Assembly (NCBI GenBank): GCA_002440745.1
Contig: DJVB01000046.1
Span: 14,593-78,592, forward strand
DNA: 64,000 nucleotides
Origin: Bacteroidales bacterium UBA6267
GTDB taxonomy: Bacteria > Bacteroidota > Bacteroidia > Bacteroidales > UBA1556
Direction of reading: 5' to 3'
Shown here: positions 19,548 through 28,654 of the stretch, in pieces
How the letters are laid out: every line of letters starts with the position of its first letter
How positions within the stretch are numbered: the stretch's first letter is position 1
Notes under the pieces: model-generated
Databases searched by the model: none
What the model saw: the letters and a program-made list of their open reading frames with translations, nothing else
What the model was told of the DNA's origin: nothing
Translations under genes and position numbers: made by a program

Positions 19548-20033
19548 ATGACAACTCAGGAGTATAATAACTGTGTGGATGAACATGCCGATGGAGTTTA
19601 TAGGTTTGTGCTGAAGAATCTGAGAGATGAGGAAATGGCGCGGGACGTGGTGCAGGAGGCTTTTTTGAAGATGTGGGAGAAAGCCGCTACCATTACCGGC
19701 TCAAAAGCTAAATCCTATCTTTACACCACAGCTTACCATACAATGATCGACACGATTCGCCGAGAGAAGCGATACACATCGGAAGATCAGGTTGGCGACC
19801 AAATCTTCAGTAGTCGAAGTCAATACTCCGACTTGAAAGAGGTGATAGATGAGGCATTTACAAAGTTAAATGAGGTTCAAAGAACAGTTTTACTACTTCG
19901 CGATTATGAGGGCTATTCGTATAAGGAAATTGGTGAGATTGTAAATCTTACAGACGATCAGGTTAAAGTTTATATTTTTCGGGCACGAATGAATATGAAG
20001 AAATATATCGGAAGTTTAGAAACAGTGATATAA
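19548..20033 (+). CDS. RNA polymerase ECF-type sigma-70 factor
   Basis: 161 aa. Region 2 'VQEAFLKMWEK' and region 4 'QRTVLLLRDYEGYSYKEIGEIVNLTDDQVKVYIFRARMNMKK'. Confidence 0.9.
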   Translation: MTTQEYNNCVDEHADGVYRFVLKNLRDEEMARDVVQEAFLKMWEKAATITGSKAKSYLYTTAYHTMIDTIRREKRYTSEDQVGDQIFSSRSQYSDLKEVIDEAFTKLNEVQRTVLLLRDYEGYSYKEIGEIVNLTDDQVKVYIFRARMNMKKYIGSLETVI

Positions 20034-20037
20034 TAGA

Positions 20038-20928
20038 TTGAATATGAGCAGTAAGCCAAATATAAATATGGAAAATTTTGAAGTCTTTTTGATGGATTAT
20101 TTCGATGGCACATTGAGTCCGGAAATGACTGACCAATTAATGGCTTTCCTCGACTCAAATCCCGACTTAAAAGCCGAACTTGAAGATTTCAATAATTACA
20201 ATCTAAATCCTATAGAGGAGTTTTCTGAAAATAACACCTTGAAAAGCAGCTTGAAACGCGAGGAATCAGAACAACCAAAGAATTTTATCAATCACGAAAA
20301 CCTTGATGATTATTTGATTCACGGCCTCGAAAACAACCTCAATCCATCGGAATCTGAAGCCCTAAGGACATTTCTAATCTTGAATCCTGAAGCTCAAAAG
20401 TCTGCCAATTTGGTTGAAAAGTTGAAACTTACACCGGACAAAAAACTGCGTTTTGATGACAAAAATCTTCTCTACAAAACCTCCAACCTCTCTAATCTTA
20501 CCCTTTCGGAGGATACCGCTGAGGAGTTTATTATAGCTTTTTGCGAGGGTGACCTTACGATTAATGAAGCAGAAAATCTGAAAAAATGGATTGCAGCAAA
20601 TCCGAAATGGCAGTCAGTTTTGGCAGCTTATCAAAATTTGAAACTTACACCGGACAAGAAATTGCGTTTTGAAAACAAAAATCTTCTCTACAAAACCTCC
20701 AACCTCTCTAATCTTACCCTTTCAGAAGATAACGCTGAGGAATTTATTATAGCTTTTTGCGAAGGTGACCTTACGAATAATGAAGCAGAAAATCTGAAAA
20801 AATGGATTGCAGCAAATCCAAAATGGCAGTCAGTTTTGGCGGTTTATCAAAATTTGAAACTTAGTCCCGACTATTCTATCCAATTCCCAAACAAGGATAG
20901 CTTGAGAATCAGAACTCACATAAGTTAG
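20038..20928 (+). CDS. anti-sigma factor N-terminal fragment (four tandem anti-sigma-like motifs), terminated by TAG before its TM helix
   Basis: Starts 4 nt after the ECF sigma gene. 'FLMDYFDGTLSPEMTDQLMAFLDSNPDLKAELE' is a typical anti-sigma N-terminal motif, and three more copies follow. Ends at the TAG at 20926-20928. Confidence 0.7.
   Translation: MNMSSKPNINMENFEVFLMDYFDGTLSPEMTDQLMAFLDSNPDLKAELEDFNNYNLNPIEEFSENNTLKSSLKREESEQPKNFINHENLDDYLIHGLENNLNPSESEALRTFLILNPEAQKSANLVEKLKLTPDKKLRFDDKNLLYKTSNLSNLTLSEDTAEEFIIAFCEGDLTINEAENLKKWIAANPKWQSVLAAYQNLKLTPDKKLRFENKNLLYKTSNLSNLTLSEDNAEEFIIAFCEGDLTNNEAENLKKWIAANPKWQSVLAVYQNLKLSPDYSIQFPNKDSLRIRTHIS
20422..20853 (+). repeat. two tandem 216-bp (72-codon) direct repeats inside the anti-sigma gene
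   Basis: Copies at 20422-20637 and 20638-20853 are nearly identical, with roughly a dozen mismatches by eye. A third copy starts at 20854 ('ttgaaactt') and then diverges. Confidence 0.9.
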
Positions 20929-21683
20929 TATAATACAGTTGCTTATCGCTATATTAGCTCAATTGCAGCGGTCTTAGTTGTTTTTCTATTTTTCCCATCA
21001 CTTGTCAATAATGGAGTTATAGAACAAACCATTTATCACCAACCAACCGAGATTCAGACAAATCAACCTGAAGAATTATCCTCATCTAATTCGTTATTTC
21101 AACAAGATGAAACTACTCAGCCAACAACTAATGCTGCACTTAGTGAAACGGAAAATTTAAGCTCAAAAACTTCCACTGTTAAAAAGCAATCGAGGAGCAA
21201 AACATCCATTCAAAAATTTTCGCCAAAGAAACCGGAGCCGATTCTTATTCTCGCAACCAATATGAATCCGGTAAAACCTGAGTTTTGCTTTGCCTCTTCT
21301 TCCATAACCAATGGATATTATGAAGTAACCATGCAAAAAGATAATTTTATAAATAATAATCCTGACCTCAAAAAGCGCCTAATCAAAGGATTGCGCAGTA
21401 CTTTAAACATTGATAAAGAAGAAATCAAAGCACCGGAGGACAAGCTTACACTGTGGGACTTGGCCGACTTTGGAGCCAAAAGTTTAAGCAACCTCACCGA
21501 AACTGAAATCACCATCACAAGGAAATAGCGCGCATCATACGGAATTCTTTAAGGTAAGCTTAGTACATTTCTGAATAACCATTTTAAATTTGATTAAGTT
21601 TCGGAAATTATTGTTGTCCAAAACAAAAACTTTGTACATTTGACAATCATTTAATCCTAATAATCCTTTAATCCTAATAATCA

Positions 21684-23792
21684 TTGAGTTGGAACGATTA
21701 CCCATTGGTTAGGCTGCTTGCCCCGTTTATCTTCGGAATCTTGATGGTTTCCTATATTCCTTTGTCCTCCACTTTTCTGATTTATTTATTGGTTTCGATG
21801 CTTTCGGCCTTATTTTTCATGGCCTATATTCCAAAATTTTATCCTGCCTACAAATATCGTTTTATCAGCTCAGGACTAATTTATATCCTGTTTTTTGTTA
21901 CCGGCTCTGCAATTGTCCGACATCATTTCCCTTATGAAAATCCCCAATATTTTGGATATTCTTTAGAAAAATATCACTCCTATATTGTTAAAGTTATTGA
22001 GTCGCCTGCATCTACGGCTAAGACCAATAAAGTGATAGTGCAAATAGAAAAAGGGCTGGCCGATGATTCCATGGATCCGTTGATTGGTAAGGCCATTTTG
22101 TATCTTCGAAAAGACAGTTTGATAGCTCCTCCCAAATATGGCGATTTTATTCAAATTCGCAACAAGTTAGAGCCAATAAAACCACCAACTAATCCTCACT
22201 CTTTTGATTATCAACAATTTCTCGACCGCAAAGGAATTCGTTATGGTGCTTTTCTAAAAACCGACCAATACATTTATCTCTATTCATCCAACGAATTTAG
22301 CCTGAAGAATTTTGCTTCCCAAATCAGAGACAAAATGCTCAATCTGTTAGAGAAGAGTGGATTAAGCGGTGAGGAATACGCCATTTCGGCCTCACTGCTC
22401 TTAGGCTACCAAGATGCACTTTCGGAGGATTTACTTACCGCTTATCGATCGGCAGGGGTAATGCATATTCTCTGCGTTTCGGGGATGCATGTAGGAATAC
22501 TTTACTTGCTTCTATCTCAGCTTTTTAGCTTTTTGGTTCATATAAAAGGCGGGATAACAATTCGATTAGTTATCATCATTTTGAATATCTGGATTTTTGC
22601 CATGATAACCGGCTTGTCCCCTTCGGTAACTCGCGCAGCAGTGATGTTTACTTTTGTTGCCATCGGAAAAAACATAAAACGCGACATTAATATCTATAAC
22701 ACCTTAGCCTCTTCCGCCTTTCTTACGCTTATCTTCGACCCGATGAGCATCTATAATATTGGTTTTCAGTTGAGTTATGTAGCAGTTATTGCCATTGCCA
22801 CATTCCACAAACCTATCTATTCTCTGTGGATTCCACGGCGAAAAATCCCCGACTATTTATGGCAAATTGTTGCAGTTTCTTTGGCAGCTCAAATTGGAAC
22901 ATCTCCCATTTCAATGTATTATTTTCATCAATTTCCCAACTATTTTCTATTTGCCAATATTATTGTTATTCTGTTAGTTACGCCGATTTTCTACCTTGCA
23001 TTTATTACATTAATTTTTAGCTTCTGGAATCCTTTAGCTAATATTTTAGCTTGGGTTACATCTTATTCCATTAAGTTGATGAATTATTTAGTTGGCTTTT
23101 TCCAAACCCTGCCCTATGCTATTTCCGATGGCATTCATTATGGAATTGAGATGCTATTTCTTTTAATTTTCTTACTGATTTTTCTTTCGGTAATGCTCAT
23201 CAATAAGAAAAAGAACATGATTTTTCCTTCCCTTAGCATTCTGATTCTGATGTTTGGTATTTCCATTTACAATCAAAATCTGAAAAGCAATAGCTCCAAG
23301 ATGATTATTTTTGATACTCCGGGCAAATTTGCTATGCTGATTCACTATCAACATGAATCGGTACTTTTAACAGATTCGGTTACCTTTAAAAACCCTCAAT
23401 CCATTGATTTTCAAATATCGGGCTATCTCACAAAACATAACCTTGATCCGGTATTAATCAATATGGACAGCTCAGGTCAGTATGATGGCATTATTTACCG
23501 ACATAATGATTTTGTGGCATTTGGAGATAAAACCGCCGTTATAACGGGCAATAGCCTTCGCTGGAGTCAACCGGTAACCTGCGATTTTTTAGTCGTAAGA
23601 GACCGAAAATCATACAGATATGAAGCTTTATTGAAACAGTATAAACCCGATATGATTATTGCTTCCACCGAGTTTTATCCTAATCAACGCGAAAAGTTGC
23701 GAGAGTTGTATCCCGACACAATCTCAAATTTAGTTAGCCCAAGTGATGATGGAGCTTTTATTACCGATTTGGATTTCAGGCTTTTAGAATAG
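21684..23792 (+). CDS. comEC: ComEC/Rec2-family DNA internalization channel protein
   Basis: 702 aa, TTG start, polytopic membrane protein. The conserved competence-domain block 'AYRSAGVMHILCVSGMHVGILY' and 'LSPSVTRAAVMF' matches ComEC. Confidence 0.85.
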   Translation: MSWNDYPLVRLLAPFIFGILMVSYIPLSSTFLIYLLVSMLSALFFMAYIPKFYPAYKYRFISSGLIYILFFVTGSAIVRHHFPYENPQYFGYSLEKYHSYIVKVIESPASTAKTNKVIVQIEKGLADDSMDPLIGKAILYLRKDSLIAPPKYGDFIQIRNKLEPIKPPTNPHSFDYQQFLDRKGIRYGAFLKTDQYIYLYSSNEFSLKNFASQIRDKMLNLLEKSGLSGEEYAISASLLLGYQDALSEDLLTAYRSAGVMHILCVSGMHVGILYLLLSQLFSFLVHIKGGITIRLVIIILNIWIFAMITGLSPSVTRAAVMFTFVAIGKNIKRDINIYNTLASSAFLTLIFDPMSIYNIGFQLSYVAVIAIATFHKPIYSLWIPRRKIPDYLWQIVAVSLAAQIGTSPISMYYFHQFPNYFLFANIIVILLVTPIFYLAFITLIFSFWNPLANILAWVTSYSIKLMNYLVGFFQTLPYAISDGIHYGIEMLFLLIFLLIFLSVMLINKKKNMIFPSLSILILMFGISIYNQNLKSNSSKMIIFDTPGKFAMLIHYQHESVLLTDSVTFKNPQSIDFQISGYLTKHNLDPVLINMDSSGQYDGIIYRHNDFVAFGDKTAVITGNSLRWSQPVTCDFLVVRDRKSYRYEALLKQYKPDMIIASTEFYPNQREKLRELYPDTISNLVSPSDDGAFITDLDFRLLE

Positions 23793-23846
23793 ACCATTGG
23801 GGGAAAATATTTTTAGATGGGAACGAACAAACAAAGCAGAATTACC

Positions 23847-23854
23847 TAATTTTG
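23847..23854 (+). promoter_or_regulatory. Bacteroidota -7 promoter box (TAATTTTG) for mtgA
   Basis: 'taattttg' lies 23 nt upstream of the ATG at 23877. Confidence 0.5.
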
Positions 23855-23876
23855 CATCAAATTACCGTTTCAATTT

Positions 23877-24602
23877 ATGGCAAAGGGGACAAGTCGTGGC
23901 AGATTAATTTTCAGGAAGATAGTCAAAGTATTCAAATGGGCTATTATACTATTTTTCGGCAGCAGCATTTTAGTTACAGTATTATACCGATGGATAAATC
24001 CACCCATTACTCCGTTAATGGTCAAACGGTTAGTAGAGCAGGTGCAAGACGGAAAGCCGCTGAAGTTGTCCAAGGATTGGGTTTCTATTGATGAAATTAG
24101 CGGGTCGATGAGCATGGCTGTGATTGCTTCAGAAGACAATAATTTTTTGAAGCATCATGGCATCGACATTGGAGCCATACGGAAGGCGGTAGAAGCCAAT
24201 AAGACCCGCAAGCGAAAATTGGGCGCCAGCACCATAACCCAACAAACAGCCAAAAACGTTTTTCTTTTCCCAAGCCGGACCTATTTCCGAAAAGGATTGG
24301 AGCTTTATTTCACCGGACTCATTGAGCTTATTTGGGGCAAAGAGCGAATTATGGAAGTTTATCTAAACGTAATCGAAATGGGAGATGGCATTTACGGAGT
24401 TGAGGAAGCAGCGCAGACCTATTTTCGCAAACCGGCTTCGGCACTAAACAAACACGAGGCCGCCCTAATTGCAGCCATTTTGCCAAGTCCACGGCGCTAC
24501 AGTGCTCAAAAACCAGGGCCTTATGTTAGAAAACGTGCCGCGCAGATTGCCAATTTAAGCGGGAAACTTACGCGTCCCGAGTGGGTTGAAAGAAAGAAAT
24601 GA
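23877..24602 (+). CDS. mtgA: monofunctional biosynthetic peptidoglycan transglycosylase
   Basis: 241 aa with an N-terminal TM anchor. GT51 motifs 'ASEDNNFLKHHGID', 'GASTITQQTAKN' and 'RKGLELYFTGLIE'. Confidence 0.9.
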   Translation: MAKGTSRGRLIFRKIVKVFKWAIILFFGSSILVTVLYRWINPPITPLMVKRLVEQVQDGKPLKLSKDWVSIDEISGSMSMAVIASEDNNFLKHHGIDIGAIRKAVEANKTRKRKLGASTITQQTAKNVFLFPSRTYFRKGLELYFTGLIELIWGKERIMEVYLNVIEMGDGIYGVEEAAQTYFRKPASALNKHEAALIAAILPSPRRYSAQKPGPYVRKRAAQIANLSGKLTRPEWVERKK

Positions 24603-24713
24603 TTGGAACTTCAAAATTGACTCTCAAATCAACGAACCTTAGAAGTCTTATTAATCCTCCCATGAAATTGCTTGATATTAAAAATTAATACCTTACGGTT
24701 GCAATTGATTCGG

Positions 24714-25967
24714 CTAAATGGTTTTACTAACAAGCTTTTGAAGTTTATCGGGACTACAAAAAATTGAAATAGGAATAATCAAGAGCGTTGAAAAACTGAG
24801 AAGTCTATAATGCTGAGTAAAATTAAACAAATATTTCCCTACGACATCAGACCCATAAATGGGAGAGTAAAAAAGCAAACAGACTAAAAACACATAAAAC
24901 GTTAAATTATAAGCAATTGACCTTTTATTCTGAAAGGTTGCGATATAAAAATAAAGCAAATAGCTTATCATTGGAATTGCCAGAATAAAAGCATATTTTT
25001 GTTGATGAGGCAATAATAGTGGAATGAGCAGAATGAAATACGAAAATTCCCAAAACAGTTTTAATTTATTGATTTCCTTTTTGAAAGGTAGAGACCTGAA
25101 ATAAAACAAAGAAAGCGACAGGATTAAGAGTCGAGAAATATTGATAATAATTTCAACGGTTTGGTGACTCAGATTTAAGATGTTTCTTTTAAATGGCATT
25201 TCGCCCACTGTTTCAGTTAGATAAACCGGTAGTAACGCCACGATACTATGTGTGCCGATTCCGGTTTCAAATAAATGTTCTTTGTTGGAAGGATTAATTA
25301 TTGTCCACCATTCATTGAGCAGAAACATATTAAAATGCCATCCTAGACTTATTGCGGGGACAAATAAAAGTAATACAAATGTCAGGACTGAAACCGTGAG
25401 AGCTTTGAAATGACCTCGATAAAACAAATAAGGCCAAATTAAAATTGGCATCAGTTTAATATTGATTGCGAGGCCGAGAATAAAACCACCTAAAACATAT
25501 TTTCCTTTCAAAATTTGATTCAATGATTCTATTAAAGCCCACAATAAAAAAAACGTGATTTGAATCATCGAAACATTGTAAATGACGAATTGAAGAGAAA
25601 ATAAAGCAATCAAAAACACCCACAATCTGTATTCTTTTTTAGAGAAAATGGCTAAATCGAAATATTCGCGTGTTATCAAAAATGCCCGATACAACAAGAG
25701 ATATGAAAGCAACGACCAAAGAATTTCTGTAAAAAAAACGAGATTACTGAATGGAATTAGGAGCCATGCAAAAAACACACTATAATAATATTGAAGTCCT
25801 TTTGCAAATGGAGGGGCGTAAATATTCGATTGGTTTGAAAGTTTCTTTGCGGCATCAAGATACACATCAAAATCTCCTCCGTTTGCGACAGTAAAAACGG
25901 AAGTGACTATTACAAATAACCAGAGAAAAATTGGTAAAACTTTAATTGTTTTTAAAGACTTAATCAT
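24714..25967 (-). CDS. polytopic membrane glycosyltransferase, GT87/DUF2029-like
   Basis: About 417 aa from the ATG at 25967 (the ORF-track start at 25976 is a TTG). More than 10 predicted TM helices. N-terminal loop 'GGDFDVYLDAAKKLSNQSNIYAPPF' resembles the DUF2029 signature. Confidence 0.5.
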   Translation of the reverse strand: MIKSLKTIKVLPIFLWLFVIVTSVFTVANGGDFDVYLDAAKKLSNQSNIYAPPFAKGLQYYYSVFFAWLLIPFSNLVFFTEILWSLLSYLLLYRAFLITREYFDLAIFSKKEYRLWVFLIALFSLQFVIYNVSMIQITFFLLWALIESLNQILKGKYVLGGFILGLAINIKLMPILIWPYLFYRGHFKALTVSVLTFVLLLFVPAISLGWHFNMFLLNEWWTIINPSNKEHLFETGIGTHSIVALLPVYLTETVGEMPFKRNILNLSHQTVEIIINISRLLILSLSLFYFRSLPFKKEINKLKLFWEFSYFILLIPLLLPHQQKYAFILAIPMISYLLYFYIATFQNKRSIAYNLTFYVFLVCLLFYSPIYGSDVVGKYLFNFTQHYRLLSFSTLLIIPISIFCSPDKLQKLVSKTI

Positions 25968-26244
25968 CGAAAACAAGGTTATAATTGAAAAAAAATCAGA
26001 TATCTAAAAAAGTATAGATTTTCAAAATGTCTATTCCAATGGAGTAAATCAAAAAATATTAAAAAGTTCCATTTTACTACATTTTCGTCTCGCTAAAATA
26101 GAAAATTAACGCTTAGTTCATCAAGTCCATTTTCGGCGAAAAAACTAAGGAGATTCTATGGGCTACTCAGCAAAAATAGGCAACGAACTTGACAACTAAA
26201 TTAAAAATCTTCAAAAAAAATCGTATAAGGATTTTGCTGAAGTA

Positions 26245-27048
26245 TTACAAATTCTTTAACCGGAAATTGTTTTGAAAAGCAATCATTTCAAAAAGCATGA
26301 TTTGCTTCGCTTTTGCGGCATTGGAAAACTCGAAATAACCCACGATGGGAATTTCACTGACTAAATTACTTGTTATCATGCTTGAACCGGTACATTTTTG
26401 GGAGGCAAATTCTAAGATTGAAGAAGTATATTCTAAACCGGCATCATCAACAATTCGCTGATTATTAGCCCGTAAGATGAGTTTTATATCTTTGGATGTT
26501 TTATTTGTAACCTTAAAATAAAATCGGAGATTATCCCCTTCAACTTTTATTTCGGTAATCTGTAGAAACACATCCTTTTCAATTTCAATGGTATTTTTCT
26601 CTAATTTAGGTTTAGCCACAGCAATATCCTTTAATCGAATAAAAGCATTGTTTACTTTGATTTGAAGCAGCTTAGCAAGATCCATTTCGGCAACATTATT
26701 CTGCTTAAAAACTATACAAGCTTGCAATGGAATATCCTTAATGAACGTCTTTTTAACGAATGAGGAGCCGGAGATTTTTTCCTCACCAACAAAAACTACC
26801 GTAGAAGTATATTCATTTCCTTTTCCATCAAAAAGTTTATGCTCATTGGCTCGAATCATAAGCACAGTATCCCTATCGTTTGTGTTTGTTATCAGAAAGT
26901 AGAATCGAAGTTCCTCACCAATCGACTTAACATCTTGTAGCTCGAAACGAACATCAGAATTAGCATCGTTAATAGCCTCATTAGCAAATGTTTCTATTGA
27001 ATTTAAAGAGAAAATCAAAAAAAGAAATAGGGTAAAAATTTTGCGCAT
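26245..27048 (-). CDS. hypothetical secreted protein with internal two-domain duplication
   Basis: Start taken at MRKIFTLFLFLIFSLNS (ATG at 27048). Two homologous halves ('ELRFYFLITNTNDRDTVLMIRANEHKLFDGKGNEYTS' and 'NLRFYFKVTNKTSKDIKLILRANNQRIVDDAGLEYTS'). Confidence 0.5.
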   Translation of the reverse strand: MRKIFTLFLFLIFSLNSIETFANEAINDANSDVRFELQDVKSIGEELRFYFLITNTNDRDTVLMIRANEHKLFDGKGNEYTSTVVFVGEEKISGSSFVKKTFIKDIPLQACIVFKQNNVAEMDLAKLLQIKVNNAFIRLKDIAVAKPKLEKNTIEIEKDVFLQITEIKVEGDNLRFYFKVTNKTSKDIKLILRANNQRIVDDAGLEYTSSILEFASQKCTGSSMITSNLVSEIPIVGYFEFSNAAKAKQIMLFEMIAFQNNFRLKNL

Positions 27049-27404
27049 GGTATTCAGTTTTAGGAAAAATGTTAGAGTTACCAAAATTAGGAAAAAATTC
27101 TTTGTGTTGGGTTTTGTATTTAAATGTTCTTTGAATGTGCATTTTTATACGAAAATTAGGGGACTATTCAAGAAAATCAAGAATTGATTTCGTACTGCAA
27201 AGGATTATTTAAAAACAATGTCACCCCTTTTGGGTTTCTGGTCGTGTTACTTGTTTCCTATAATATTGCCACCTCTCCGGGGATTGACAGCTATAAGTGA
27301 AAGGTAAGAATTCGTTTAAAGGGAAGAGTTCTTATCAACAATTCCGGCGCATCTTTCTATTGAAGTTGATTTGTTTGGAAAAGAATTTTTTACTAATTTG
27401 ACTT

Positions 27405-28334
27405 TTAGCTACATATTTCAATTCGCTTATCTACAATATCTTGCAGTTTTATCTTCTGATTTTCCGGCAAAAAACTATTCTGTATCCACCAATTTATATT
27501 ATCCTTTTTGGCAAGGAATTTTTCGTAAATATGATCTCTTTGTTTTTCGTTGAGCGACAGATTCTTTGCTAAAAAATCGAAATCTGACCTTTCAATTTTG
27601 TTCTTCTTCCCATTTATGGTCAAGCACATTTGTTCCGATTCATTTTTTATCACTAATAATGTGGATATTAAATCATAGGCCGGACTTAATGTAAAACCTC
27701 CATAAATATCTTCCAACAAGGAAAAATTTTTTAAATGCATGTCGGAATTCCCAATAATATAATTGAATAGCACCAATTCAAAATATTTCAACGCATCAAT
27801 TCCTGATTGTGAAGAATATTGTCGGATAGTTCGTCCTGTATTTTCGTAACTACCTCTATATTTGTGTTCTGTGAGTGTTTCGGTAAGCTGACATAAATCT
27901 TCAGAAGCCAATTTACCGTTCTTCACTCTATCAAAGCGCTTAGTAATATAAGCCAACCTATTAGATGGCAATCTAATTAGACTATGCTTGGCCGTTTTTA
28001 TATCCAATTCCGCAGCTAAATGCATGCATAAATCTTCATTTTCAGGTAAGGATGGATAAACCTCGCTTGGCGGCTTGATAATAAAATTGCTTTTATGATC
28101 GACAATAGTAAAACGAAGACTTTTGTTTTTTTCTTCCAACCACAAGCTTAATTTGGGCTGAACTCCCGTAATCGCAATATTTGCTTCAATCACTTCCCTT
28201 GCATGCTTCTTCAATTCCTTTTCATCAATATCTATGGCTGGAATTTGTTTCAATCCAAACTCCTTCTTCAAACATTTAGGATGAAAATCAATTTCAGCTT
28301 TAATAAGGGGTTTGTAGCATATTAAACAGTTCAT
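27405..28334 (-). CDS. HipA-family Ser/Thr kinase toxin lacking the N-terminal subdomain (HipT-like)
   Basis: 309 aa. Gly-rich loop 'ITGVQPKLSL', catalytic 'IGNSDMHLKNFSLL', and Mg-binding 'SPAYDLIST'. N-terminal Cys/His motif 'CLICYKPL...FHPKCLKKEFG'. The start lies 1 nt after the stop of the upstream gene. Confidence 0.85.
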   Translation of the reverse strand: MNCLICYKPLIKAEIDFHPKCLKKEFGLKQIPAIDIDEKELKKHAREVIEANIAITGVQPKLSLWLEEKNKSLRFTIVDHKSNFIIKPPSEVYPSLPENEDLCMHLAAELDIKTAKHSLIRLPSNRLAYITKRFDRVKNGKLASEDLCQLTETLTEHKYRGSYENTGRTIRQYSSQSGIDALKYFELVLFNYIIGNSDMHLKNFSLLEDIYGGFTLSPAYDLISTLLVIKNESEQMCLTINGKKNKIERSDFDFLAKNLSLNEKQRDHIYEKFLAKKDNINWWIQNSFLPENQKIKLQDIVDKRIEICS

Positions 28335-28335
28335 A

Positions 28336-28653
28336 TCAATTTGTTTTTATGATAGTTACGTCACCAATATTATCTTTGCACAGTGTGAGCAAAAGGTTCA
28401 TTCGGTCTCTTGCATCCAATTTCCAATTTTCGATGGCCAACTGCAAAAGCCATCCCTCCGGAATCAATCCATCAAAAAACGGTATCATGCTTTCCTTAAC
28501 AAACTCTTCTTCCCTTAAAGGTAAGGTTTTACTTATCGCACCATAAACCGGTTTGCTTAAGTAGGAGGCATCGTATTGAAAATGAATACCCATTTCATCT
28601 TCCCAAACAATGCCAGCTTTTGTGTCTTTTTTATAAACCAATCCTTTCTTCAT
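28336..28653 (-). CDS. HipA N-terminal-subdomain protein (HipS-like)
   Basis: 105 aa from the ATG at 28653 (the ORF-track start at 28668 is a TTG). 'ISKTLPLREEEF...MIPFFDGLIPEGWLLQLA...LLLTLCKDNIGDV' matches the HipA N-terminal (Couple_hipA) domain. Confidence 0.8.
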   Translation of the reverse strand: MKKGLVYKKDTKAGIVWEDEMGIHFQYDASYLSKPVYGAISKTLPLREEEFVKESMIPFFDGLIPEGWLLQLAIENWKLDARDRMNLLLTLCKDNIGDVTIIKTN

Positions 28654-28654
28654 G

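Larger units (their letters stand above)
20038..21528 (+). pseudogene. full-length anti-sigma reading frame interrupted by one in-frame TAG (codon 297)
   Basis: 21262-20038 = 1224 nt, a multiple of 3. Reading through the TAG gives ...RIRTHIS*YNTVAYRYISSIAAVLVVFLFFPSLVNN... with no further stop until 21528. That stretch is a predicted TM helix followed by an extracytoplasmic Ser/Thr/Gln-rich region. Confidence 0.6.

Noticed and set aside
20926-20928. TAG reassigned as a sense codon (which would explain the in-frame stop in the anti-sigma gene and the open frame after the HhH gene's TAG)
   Set aside because: Many well-conserved genes here (ruvA, tig, mutY, the DAACS symporter, the 222-aa CarboxypepD_reg gene) end at their expected C-termini with TAG. 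TAG therefore functions as a stop.
23852-24139. ORFs 23852..24091 (plus) and 23870..24139 (minus) overlapping the mtgA start
   Set aside because: mtgA from 23877 has a proper -7 box 23 nt upstream and canonical GT51 motifs. The overlapping ORFs lack any support.
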